The translations under genes and the position numbers were made by a program. The notes below the pieces were generated by a model, which was not told where the DNA came from, ran no database searches, and saw only the letters and a list, made by a program, of their open reading frames with translations. A stretch of 64,000 nt of DNA from Octopus vulgaris. Lineage: Eukaryota. Shown piece by piece: positions 1 to 11,610 of this stretch. Position 1 is the first letter of the stretch; each line of letters starts with the position of its first letter. Location of the stretch: positions 81,840,001 through 81,904,000 of the forward strand of contig OX597822.1 of NCBI GenBank assembly GCA_951406725.2. The letters are read 5' to 3'.

Positions 1-861
1 GATTACTTGCTCGTTTGATTGATTTATTGATTAACCAATTCTGGTTAATTTATTGGACATAGAAACACAATGCTTTGTGCTGTTCTTCAAAGACAATAAA
101 CAACCAATACATTAAGAATATTTTGCAGAGAAATCAAAGAAGAGTGGCCAATTTGTCTGTGTGTGAGGTGGAGGTGGGAGGGGCGCCGGTATAAACAACA
201 CAAGTAGTTTGGTCTCCTTTGTTTTCATTCTTTTCTTCATATAAAAACACTCATATTCACTCACACACTTCTCCCTCTCTCTCTCTCTTTCTTATGGTCC
301 TGTTTCCTTTTCTCTCTCTCGTCTTCCTGTACACACATACATCTGTACAATCAAGTATTTTGTTCCCTGTTCTTTCTCTCCCCCCCTCTCTCTTTTCCAC
401 ACACACACACCCACACACACTTGCCTACGCTTGTAATACAACATCCACCTTAATCTCGCCACTCCCAACTCTTAAGTACTAGTAATTCATTAGTGTTGAT
501 ACTAGTGACTATATTGCTTTTATTCCGACATAACATTATTCATTCTTGAATATCAGTGAATTGACAGAATCTGTGGTACATCGGAAAGCTACATTACTCA
601 ATTTAGTCATATATTTTATATCCTGAGTTCAAATTCCACTGAAGTGACTTTATTTTTCATCTGACTCAGAATGTGTCACAGTTAAGTACTAGTTAAGTAC
701 TGATTGGTCTGTTTGACTGTTCTTTCCTCCCTTAAATACTTAGCTTTCTACCTATTTTAGAAATGGTTAGTGGTAGCATCAATAGAATTTGGGACGGAAT
801 GCTCTTTTAGTATTTGGTAACATTCTTTTGTTTTTCCAATTTCGGTCAGTGGTTCTCAACC

Positions 862-1057
862 GTCATCGTCGTTTAATACCCATGTTCCATGCTGGCATGA
901 TGAGTTGGACAGTTTGACTGAAGGCTGTGCCAGACTCCAATCCGATCTGGCAAGTTTCTACAGCTGGATGCCCTTCCTTAAGCCAATCACTCTCAGATTG
1001 TTGTGGCTGCTTTTTATGTGCCACCAGTACAAGGGCCAGTCAGGCGGTACTGGCATG
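862..1057 (-). mobile_element. RTE-LINE 3' UTR tail fragment (CATGCCAGCATGGAA/(GAT)n family)
   Basis: Reverse complement of the tail that follows RTE coding sequence at 52420-52966; about 10 copies in the window. Confidence 0.7.
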
Positions 1058-1096
1058 TTTTTTTTTTTTTTATCTGTGGACCTCTTTGATTACTAT

Positions 1097-1328
1097 CTTA
1101 TTTCTTTATTTCCCACAGGGGGCTAAACGTGGAGAGAACAAATAAGAACAGACAAAGGGTTCAAGTCAATTACATCGACCCCAGTGTGTAACTGGTACTT
1201 ATTTAATCGACCCTGAAAGGATGAAAGGCAAAGTCGACCTCAGTGGAATTTGAACTCAGAACATAACGGCAGATGAAATACCACTAAGCATTTTACCCGT
1301 CATGCTAACACTTCTGCCAGCTCACCTT
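1097..1328 (-). mobile_element. tRNA-derived SINE, family A
   Basis: On the minus strand: GAGCTGGCAGAA head, GAGTTCAAATTCC B-box, GTCGACTTTGCCTTTCATCCTTTC core, CCCCTGTGGG..AAAGAAATA tail. Confidence 0.85.
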
Positions 1329-1397
1329 CTTCTTTGGTTACTATTATATTTGCTGGATTTTCACAGCCATTTGATGTTTAAAAACTAGTTTTATTAA

Positions 1398-1615
1398 GGC
1401 AGCAAGCTAGCAGAAACCTTAGCACACTGGGCGAAATGTTTAGCAGTGTTTCGTCTGTCTTTACGTTCTGATTTCAAATTCCGCCGAGGTCGACTTTACC
1501 TTTCATCCTTTCGGAGTTAATGAATTAAGTATCAGTTATGCACTGTGGTCGATGTAATTGACTTAATCCCCTCCCCTCAAATTTGAGGCCTTGTGCCTAT
1601 AGTAGAAAGGATTAT
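1398..1615 (+). mobile_element. SINE family A
   Basis: Same head, B-box and core as 1097-1328; two more decayed copies follow at about 1625-1845 and 1872-2082. Confidence 0.8.
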
Positions 1616-2659
1616 TAGTATTTGGGTGGCAAACTGACGGAATTTTTAGAGAATCTGAAAAAAATGCTTTGTGGGAATTTCTTCCTATTCTGAGTTCAAA
1701 TCCTGCTGGCATTTACTTCACCTCTCATTCTTTTGGAGCTGATAAAATAAAGAAATAGTCAATTACTGGAGAGGGGATGATATAACCAGCCAATTCCCCA
1801 TTCCACCTGAAATTTCTGGCCTTGTGCCTTAATTTGAAACATTATCATTAATAATAATAATGATGATAATAGGGCTACAGGCTGGCAGAATTATTACTGC
1901 ACCGGGCAAAATGCTTAGCGGAATTCCACCCATCTGAGTTCAAATGTCACTGAGATTAACTTTGTCATTCATCCTTTCGGGGTCAAGAAAACTAATACCA
2001 GTTGAGCACTGGGGTCAATGTAATCAGCTCGCCCCACCTACCTCCTGAAATTGCTGGCCTTGTGCCAAAATTCGAAACCATTATTATTATTATTATTTAT
2101 TCATTTATCCTATTGTAGTTGCTGTTGCCTCCACTTTTATTTAGTCTTGTAACCCCCACCACTGCTCCCCAACACACACATACACTTTCATTTTATTTGT
2201 CTACATCTAAAGTAACTTCTGTTCAACATTTTATCTGCTATCAGCTACAATGGCAAATTTCCATCGTCTTGAAAGTTCTGGATAAAATTCAGGAATTTTT
2301 TATTTTTACTATTCTTTTATCTATTACTTTTCCTCCATTTTTCCTTGTTTTTCTTTTCTGTTTTTTTTTTTAAGCTTGTTAGTGGTCCTTTTTATTGAGC
2401 CAAATTTCAGCTGACTTCCTTTTGCATGATTAGGAAATGTTACATCAAATAACATAATGGTTTGTAAATCAAGACTATTGATTCCATTGGTCTGTATCCT
2501 AAAATACAGATATACAATTGTAATCATCATAATGGAATTCTCAGTGTACACTCAACCCGGGTTTCATAGAATCCAATAGAATTAACTAATGCAAGGGTTT
2601 GAAAAGTGTGTGTGTATTGTTTCATGGACCATTGCACTCCACTGAATAAGGGATTGGCT

Positions 2660-3175
2660 CTGCTTTAAATAATTTTGATCAGCTGAGAGACAAATTTACT
2701 AATGGATAGGGTACTAGCCTATTGCAATGAAGTTTATTTTCCATGCAAACAGAAATGAAAAGAGATGTGATATCTATATGAACACATACAGGTATATCAT
2801 ATACCTTACAACAGATATTAAAATTATCCCCACCTCTAATACATATCATAATTGGCAAATGGCAATTAAGATCAGCTGCAGTTGAGAAAGTGAAACAATC
2901 TTGAGATTCAAAGTCTCCAAAGTTGACCTGCCATTAAGGAGAAGGACAGGTTTATGTCTGGGATTCTTGCGTCATGAAATTATCTCCCCTTCTCATGTGT
3001 AGCTGGTCTTAATTGCCTTTTGGTCACTATGATATGTCGTCTAGAGACGGAGGTAATTTTAATACATCAATGTTGTATGCTATTTGATAGACCTGTATTT
3101 GTCTATGTTGTTCAAATACATGCTGCTGGCCACTTTGAGTTATTTCTCTCAGCTCGCTTTTGTTTAAATTAATTG
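2660..3175. repeat. Old fold-back (inverted repeat) element
   Basis: Arms about 2660-2905 and 2975-3175 are diverged reverse complements (GGCAATTAAGATCAGCT vs AGCTGGTCTTAATTGCC); the spacer recurs inverted at about 5270-5365. Confidence 0.6.
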
Positions 3176-4906
3176 ATAGTTAAAACTGGAATGTCTTTGA
3201 TTATTGCTTTGTTTGGTTTTGGATGACTTTTGATTAAACGAGAACTGCTCCTCTCTTCTTGAGACATATTTCAACCCCAAAACAAAAGGTGTTGATGCTG
3301 GTTCCGTTTGTATTATTTCAAATAACAATCAACACCACAAGAGGACAGGGTAAAGTGGTTAGGTTGGTGTTGTTGCTGTTATAGACTTGATCTGTTCTTA
3401 TTGATTAGTTAATGTTACCATTCATTGATCAAAAGTACTACAGCCATGATCACCTTGGATTACACTATCCAATATATACATCCTTATTTAAGATAGTAAT
3501 GTGAGATTTGAGGGAGACTCTTATCTGTTATTTGAAGTGCTTAGCTTCGTCGAATGAATATGAAAAACTCACTCTTTAGCTCAGGTTAATTAGATGTGGA
3601 ATGTGTGTCTCTTGTAGCACCAAATACCTGTTAAGTACTTTTACTTAGCTGTGGTTTTATGGAACCTGACACAGTGGGAGATAAATCTCCCTCTGAATAA
3701 GAGACTAATCTATCTTAGGTAAAGTTCTTAAATAACCTGGTTTTTATATTGTCAGGAGGAGTTGAATTTGTAGAGTTAAGTGTACTTGTCAAAACATTTG
3801 TAGATTTGAATTCCTCCGACACAAAAGATGGTAGGCCAACATCATAATTACTCAGTTATTATGCTTAACTGAATGGGCATAGACATATGTATGCATATAT
3901 TATACACATGTATTCATACACTACACACACACACACTGGTAGTTAGATAAATGCACAGATTTCAAATCAATTTACAGCTAGATAGATTCATAGACTGACA
4001 TGATTTATATGTATAGAGATAGTGAATGAGAGCGAGGGGGAGAGAGAGAGGTGTGTTGATATTTGATTGTGCAAGATATTACAATGCAAAGTTACCATGT
4101 ACAACAAAGAATTCTTGATTTAAAATTATATATGTATAGTGTTTGTGGTGTTGTACTTTTCTACCAAAAAAAAAGAAGGCCAAAAAAACCATAAAATTTT
4201 CCTGTTTCATATATAAACATTGAGGTGTTCAATCAGGCATACAAAAATGGCAAAAGGTAATGTTGTTGGTCTTTGTTGTGCTTATTGTTACAGAATAAAT
4301 AAAAGAAAGGATATGAGACATGGGGGTGGGGAATGGGTCGAACATGTTGATCACAGAAAGAAATGTATCAATCAATAAATACATGAAATGAAGAAGGGTA
4401 GCAGTTCCTTTAATCTTAATCTTTTATCATCCACTTATGTTTTGATCTTATTTACTTCTTTACATATGTATTTTTTTTTCTTTACTGTTTTTCTAGATAT
4501 AGAATTACATTATCTAGAATTGCCTGCAATTACTATTTCTAGCAAATTGTGCAACCACATAAAGGTTCCTTCTTTTAACAACAGCAGTAGTAGTAATGGT
4601 AGTGGTAGTAGCAATGGTGGTGGTGGTGGTGGCAACAGCAGCATAGAGCTAGACTTTTGAATGATTAATGAACAAGTTGTAAGTCCATTGCCTCTGATTA
4701 GCAGTCTTTGGTCTGTTGTAAGTTAGACTCTTCTCTGTGTCCTTAATTCACTTCAAGAATTACTGAGATTATCTGTTCTCTTATTCTCATTTACCAAATC
4801 TACTATTCTCTATTCTCAACGGTCAAGTTTACCTTTTCCTATTCTATAATCCTCAGTGGTCAATTCTGCATTTCCTTATTCTGTTATTTTCAGTGGATGC
4901 ATCTAC

Positions 4907-5140
4907 CTATTTCTTTACTACCCACAAGGGGCTAAACATAGAGGGGACAAACAAGGACAGACAAACAGATTAAGTCAATTACATCGATCCCAGTGCGTAA
5001 CTGGTGCTTAATTTATCGACCCCGAAAGGATGAAAGGCAAAGTTGACCTCGGCGAAATTTGAACTCAGAACGTAGCAGCAGACAAAACACCGCTAAACAT
5101 TTCGTCCGGCGTGCTAACGATTCTGCCAGCTCACCGCCTT
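4907..5140 (-). mobile_element. SINE family A, full length
   Basis: Head, B-box, core and TAGTAAAGAAATAG tail all present. Confidence 0.85.
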
Positions 5141-5714
5141 GAGTGGATGCATTTACCGCCATACTAATGTAGCTAACTCCATTTTGTATTAGTCTAAGTC
5201 CTTTGGCTACAAGAGATAAAGTTGGACAACTCTCATGCTGAGCCAGAATCATGTGTCCATAGCTGTTCTCTTATCTCCAGACAATAAACCTGTGCTTTTC
5301 CTTAATGGCATATTAATTTGGAGAATTCTTGAATCTTGAAATTATCACCCTTTCTCATATGGTTAGTGCACATTACTCTGTAAGACACATAGGGGCTGAA
5401 CCAGTGAGAATTGAACACATCATCAATGCTTACATGGCTCCATACACACCCAATTCACCCACATAGCGCACCCATCAATTTCAGCCAATCTTAATAGTAT
5501 AGATGATTTTAGTCTAGAATATATATTTATAAATTTGTAAACAAATTTCAGTCAGTTGTTTAGGTTTAGTCGTTTTAAATGGAGCATATATTATTGTAAA
5601 TAATATATAATTATTGTTATTATTTAAAAGGACCTATGTGTGGCACTCTTTGTAATTTACAGCCTTCGGAATTTTTATTTATATATATATATATATTTAT
5701 ATATTTACAGTGAA

Positions 5715-6190
5715 TTTGATTTTACTTGCCTCAATAGGTCTTCACAAGCAAAGTTTATTGTCCAATGAATGGGGTAATCTTAAAGTGGGCTGGTTACACC
5801 CACTGGCATAGGCCACAGATTATGGTCTCACTCGGCTTGTTGTGTCTTCTCAAGCACACCATATCTCCAAAGGTCTGAGTCACTAGTCATTGCCTCAGTG
5901 AGGCCCAGTGTTCGAAGGTCGTGCTTTACCACCTCATCCCATGTCTTCCTGGGCCTACCTCTTCCACAGGTTCCCTCAACTGCTAGAGTGTGACACTTTT
6001 TCACACAGCTGTCCTCATCCATTCGCAACACATGACCATACCAGTGCAGTCATCTGATGTTTCTTAAGTCCAACTTTTCTCTCAGGGCTCTTACACAGTG
6101 ACGTGTATGCACACTGACATTACACATCCAGCGGAGCATACTTACTTCGTTCTTTACAAGCTTACGCATGTCCTCAGCAGTCACGGCCCG
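5715..6190 (-). mobile_element. RTE-clade LINE 3' fragment
   Basis: Translation WYGHVLRMDEDSCVKK...GRGRPRKTWDEVVKHDL...DLWR is typical of an RTE ORF C-terminus. Confidence 0.85.
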
Positions 6191-6561
6191 TATTTATTAA
6201 TTGATTGCAATCCTATGTGTAAGTGATCCAAATAAACGAAGCAAATAAGTAAATGAATATATAAATAAAAATAAATGAGTGTACAAATGTCAATGTTATA
6301 TACTGTGTCACACTGATGCTAAGACCTCAGAATTAATCCAAGGTACATTCAGCCACTTATATACTAAGTTAATGAACAGGTACTTAAGATGATCTACTGC
6401 AATACTCATCGTTGAAATCAACAAAGAGCTATATGTATATACATATTTGTACACTCATTTATTCTTGTTCGTTTATTTATATATTTATTTACTTATTTAT
6501 TTGCTTATTTCATTCGTTTACTTGGATCATTAAACACGTGATTATAATCAATTAATAAATA
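6191..6561. repeat. AT-rich fold-back with about 100-bp arms around a dispersed-repeat fragment
   Basis: TATTTATTAATTGATT...GATCCAA..AAACGAA is mirrored at 6442-6561; spacer 6290-6435 is the reverse complement of 8735-8855. Confidence 0.7.
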
Positions 6562-6629
6562 GATATAATTGAGTGTTTTACAGGCTGATGTTTGTCGATT
6601 GCTTATCGTCTCCATTTTCTTATTTGCCC

Positions 6630-6661
<32 letters not shown>

Positions 6662-6831
6662 CACACACATATATATAGGTAATAATGTTAGAAGAAATGA
6701 AATTGTTCCTCAATTTATTTATATACAGACACGGAAGATGTTCGAAATTTTCAAGAAAATGAAATGAAAAATGTCATTCCTCTGGGTCTTAGCCTCTTAT
6801 CTCCCTGTGCTAGTTGTGTGTGTGTGTGAGT

Positions 6832-6882
<51 letters not shown>

Positions 6883-7464
6883 TGCCTGTATATTTATGTA
6901 TGGTACATAGTTGTCTGTAGCGATAAATGATTGTATAATAAACCAATGACAGAGACTGCGCCAGACTAATCAATTAGACTGACAGGAAGTTCATTTTGCC
7001 GGGGTTGGGAAGGGACATTGATAATAACAGGTAATATGAAAGGGGAGGGGAGAGGTGCAGGGGAAAAGATCAGCAAGCGAGATTGGGAGGGGGCAGGGGG
7101 AAGAACCATGGGAACCAAAAACCAAAAGAATTGATATAAGTTTAAGAAGCAGGTGAGGATGAATGAGACTCAGGTGAAGTGAAGAGAAGAGAGAAATCTA
7201 TAAGGCACAATAGAGAGAGAGAGAGGTGGGGTAAAGGTGGGAGGGGTGGAAAAGACGGGAAGAGTAAGAAACTGAAGTAAAGAAAAGGAAGGAGGGAGGG
7301 GAGTGGGGGTAGGACGGGGAAACCATTTGAGTTATGAAAACAGTGACATCTTACCTTTATAATTGAAGTAGCATAGAGAGATATGCGTGTATGCGGGTAT
7401 AGGTGTGTGAGTGTATATCATCATCGTTTAACGTCTGTCTTCTATACTAAACGATGATGATGAT

Positions 7465-7825
7465 ATACGTGTGTGTGTGTGGGTAAATATATATATGTGT
7501 GTGTCTGTAAATACCTGTGTAAATATATATATATGTGTGTGTGTGTCTGTAAATACATGGCTAAATATATATGTGTCTGTAAATATATATATGTGTGTGT
7601 CTGTAAATACGTGTGTATATGTATGTATGTGTCTGTGTAAATATGTGTGTGTAAATATGTATGTGTGTGTAAATATGTATGTATCTGTAAATATGTATGT
7701 GTGTGTGTAAATATGTATGTGTGTGTATAAATATATATGCGTGTGTAAATATGTGTGTGTATAAATATATATGTATGTGTGACTATGTATGTGTAGTGTC
7801 TATATGTGTGTGTGTGCGTGTTTGT
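7465..7825. repeat. Degenerate GTAAATAT/(TG)n minisatellite
   Basis: Recurrent GTAAATAT units separated by TG/TA runs. Confidence 0.85.
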
Positions 7826-8109
7826 ATATTGGTGAACTTGAATCAAAGATCAAGTGGATCAGGATTTACATGGAGGTCAATGCACAGTGTACAATTAAGT
7901 AAAACAACAAATTCACCATCGTATTATAAATACCAATTATCTTTATTAGTGCCATTCTACTTTTTGCCTTGCTTTCATACGTTGATAAAGCTAACTGATA
8001 TATATATATATAGACATACATACACGCCTACATAAACATATGCACAAATACAGGTATTTCTCTGTGTGTGTGTAGACGAATGTTTGTCTTTTGTATTTGT
8101 GTGTGTAGG

Positions 8110-8411
8110 CAGTGGCGGACTGGCCAGGTTGCTGGCTTGCCCGATAGCAAGTGGGCCCCTGCGTCATTAGAATCCATTTTTGGGGGTCCATGTTAGTTAG
8201 TATTTAAGGGGCCCATCCCCTCAAGTTTGAGAATTCTTTATTCACTCCTGGAAGAATGCATTAATTATTTCAACCTGGCTGTGTTTGTAGACAGTTGAAA
8301 AGAATACTTTTAACCAAATAAAAAAAAAAAATCAAATGATAGCATTGTAATTGTGGTTGGGCCCCTTTTAGTCTCTTGGCAACCAATATTTTTAGACCCA
8401 ATCCGCCACTG
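8110..8411. mobile_element. hAT-like MITE
   Basis: TIRs CAGTGGCGGA..TCCGCCACTG; 8-bp TSD TGTGTAGG/TGTGTAGA. Confidence 0.8.
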
Positions 8412-8429
8412 TGTGTAGATATGTATCGT

Positions 8430-8710
8430 TTATCTTTTACCTGTTTCAGTTGTTTGATCCCTGTACTTTTTTTTAAAAGCACGGCATGTATTCTATCAGA
8501 CTCGTTTGCCGAACCGCTAAGTTACAGGGACGTAAACAAACAAACACACATACGACGGACTACTCTGTTTCCGTCTTTCAAATCCACTCGCAAGACTTGA
8601 GCCGGCTCGAGGCTATAGTACAAGACCAATACCCAAGGTGCCACGCAGTGGTCCTGAACCCAGAACCATGTGGCTGGGAAGCAAACTTCTTACCAACACA
8701 GCTACGCCTG
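8430..8710 (-). mobile_element. SINE family B (internally deleted)
   Basis: Matches the 28443-28843 copy in reverse orientation. Confidence 0.75.
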
Positions 8711-9164
8711 CGTCTGTGTATATACAGAGAGTTAATAGCCCTTCGTTGGTTTCAACGATGAGTATTGCAGTAGATTATCTGTTCAGTGGCTGGATGTACC
8801 TTGAATTAATTCTGAGGTGTTAGCATCAGTGTGACACAGTATATCACATCGACATATTAAATTCCAAGTTCAGTAATCCAACAACCTTCTGTATACAATA
8901 TGTTGGCGATTCTTCGGTATTGGTGTACAGTGTCGGTATTATTCAACCCAACCTCTTTATATCATGAGGGAAGGTTATTTGGGTGAATTATGTCATCTAC
9001 CAATACCGAATGAATCCCCTATATGTCTACACGTTTCGCTCTCATGGTTTAGGAATAATAAATGACATTTCCCCAAGTTACCCTAAGTTAAGATCGAAAC
9101 TGAAACTTCCTAATTGCATAACAAACCGCTCAGTTAAGCCTTCTTCTACACACGCATGCACACA

Positions 9165-10041
9165 CCCTTCTATTTGCCGACGATATCAAACTGGTCGCTC
9201 CTCGCGGTAGTATAGAGGATCTTCGTCGATGCCTCCACCAAATTTGGAAGTGGTCTAACGATTGGGACCTGTGTATGAACGTGTCAAAGTGCTGTCGGCT
9301 CTACTCCTGCAACTTGATTTCGAGCCGGGTCGTCTGTTGCTGGAGAGGACCGATCAGGTAAAGGACCTGGGTATCTTGGTGGATTCCTCCTTTTCGCCTT
9401 CGGCCCAGTGCGTCCATGCTGCCAACAAAGCGCGCGGAATTCTGTTTTTGATTCGACGGTCATTCGGAATGCTCACAGCAGCCATATTCCTGCCACTCTA
9501 TGTCACGCTGGTGAGACCCATATTGGAGTATGGGATTCAAGCCTCTTCTCCTTATTTCCTCAAAGACATACAGCATCTCGAAAGAGTCCAGAGGCTGGCT
9601 ACCCGCATGGTTCATGGTCTCAAAAATTTGTCCTACGAAGAAAGGCTGAGGACGCTCGACCTTTATTCTCTTGAAAAACGCCGCCGCCGTGGTGATCTCA
9701 TTCTCGCCCACAACATCATAAGCGGGAAGTGTAACCTCTCGAAAGAGCTGTTCTTCACTCCTGCTCCGGAGCGTCGGCTGCGGGGTCATTCCGAAAAGCT
9801 CTACCTGCGACGATTTCATCTCAATCGAAGGAGAGGAGCTTTCTCCGTCCGGGTTGCGGATCCGTGGAACAAGCTGCCAGACGAGATGGTGAAGATGCCT
9901 ACGACCGCTTTGTTCAAAGCCTCCCTGGACCTCAAGTGGCCTGAACTCTTTACATGAACACCACCCTGTACTTAACTCCATGTCCCCCTACATGGCCTTG
10001 CTATTTGCTTTTGAGCCAAATTAACTAACTAACTAACTAAC
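9165..10041 (+). mobile_element. CR1-clade LINE, 5'-truncated, RT C-terminal half plus 3' UTR with (TAAC)n tail
   Basis: FADDIKL at 9173 and WSNDWDL..N..KC in one frame; a frameshift near 9290; then DLGILVD..LVRPILEY..LERVQRLATR..YEERL..RRRRGDLI..WNKLP to the stop at 9957; (TAAC)5 at 10022-10041. Confidence 0.92.
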
Positions 10042-11344
10042 ATTATAGCTACATAGTTATCTACATCGATCTACATTTCACTACCACGAGCCAATGGGAA
10101 AGTAAACCTCTAAAAGATAGCAACTAAATTCGCTCAAATTGCACCCTACCGTCTTCAAAATATGAAGGTCTCATTGAATAATGTAGTTCTAAATATGCAA
10201 ACAAACGTGATGCCATTAACGAGATAATTTTTTATCTTGATCGGCGAGCGACCGGGTCTCCTGGAGTTTTTTTCTTTTTTCTTGGGAGGGTTAGGGGCCC
10301 TGGATCACTGTACCGACTGAACTTTTCCTCTCCCCTTATGGGTGCCGTTCTCCACCTATTACTACCTAATTCCCTATCTGCATACTTCATCCTCAATAAA
10401 TCCTACACATCATTAGCCTGGGTAAGGACTTCTCTCTGTTTCTAGCGCATATATATATATATGTGTGTATGTGTTCGTGACGTATACATTCATTAAATTG
10501 TTCATTTGATCTGCACCATCCTCGTAATAATGAAAGTGCCTGAACTTGAGTGTCTATACACTCTCGCACTCACACATTTACACACCTCTGCATTCAGTTC
10601 ATTCACAAAGACAAAGATGCTTAGCCAGAGCTACACAATTTATTGAACGTTTTATATAACCATTCTCGCCCTTCACGGAATCCACACTCTACAAACATAC
10701 GGACGCACACACACTCTGTCTCCATTTCTGACATTCTTACAACCCCATAAATATAAATATAGAATCTGTAAACTAGGAGACAGACATACGTGGAGTAAAT
10801 AGGCAGTGTCATTGATGAGGTCGCGTATAGTGACGAAAGGATTTTGATGAACCTAGCTGATTGATTGACCAAACGATTAATCAATTTACTTAAACGGCTC
10901 TAATAAAAAATAAAGTGAAATAGAACCAGTGCGTGTGTTTATTATTGGTGGAATGACCTTCCCAAAATATACAACAATCTGTTTTCAACACACGATTTCA
11001 CATCAAGAATCGTGCAAACCAGATGCAAAAACGTGCATGCATGCATGCATACAGCAAGATAATACAAATCTGCCTGTAGCAAAGTGTGGCAGAATTTGGG
11101 TTCTTCAAGAGAGAATGCAAATCCTTAATTCATACGCTATAAATGACCAGGATATCGGGGACCATAAAATCTACAAGATCTTAAGATTTAAAGAATGATG
11201 AACAAAACAAGATGCTTTCCTTCACAACCTTGCTACCAAGTAGATGGCCGGTCAAAATTTATTCTAAATATAAAAAAAGAGAACACGTGTGTGTGTAAAC
11301 GCAGTAAAGAATGAGGGACAAGGTTCAACAAATACGACATGCAC

Positions 11345-11610
<266 letters not shown>

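Noticed and set aside
7442-8035. ORFs rich in HT/YI/CV dipeptides (also at 11233-11670, 29437-29948, 38626-39081, 50920-51357)
   Set aside because: Translations of (CA)/(TA)/(TG)/(CATA) microsatellites
9460-9981. 173-aa minus-strand ORF
   Set aside because: Antisense shadow of the CR1 reading frame
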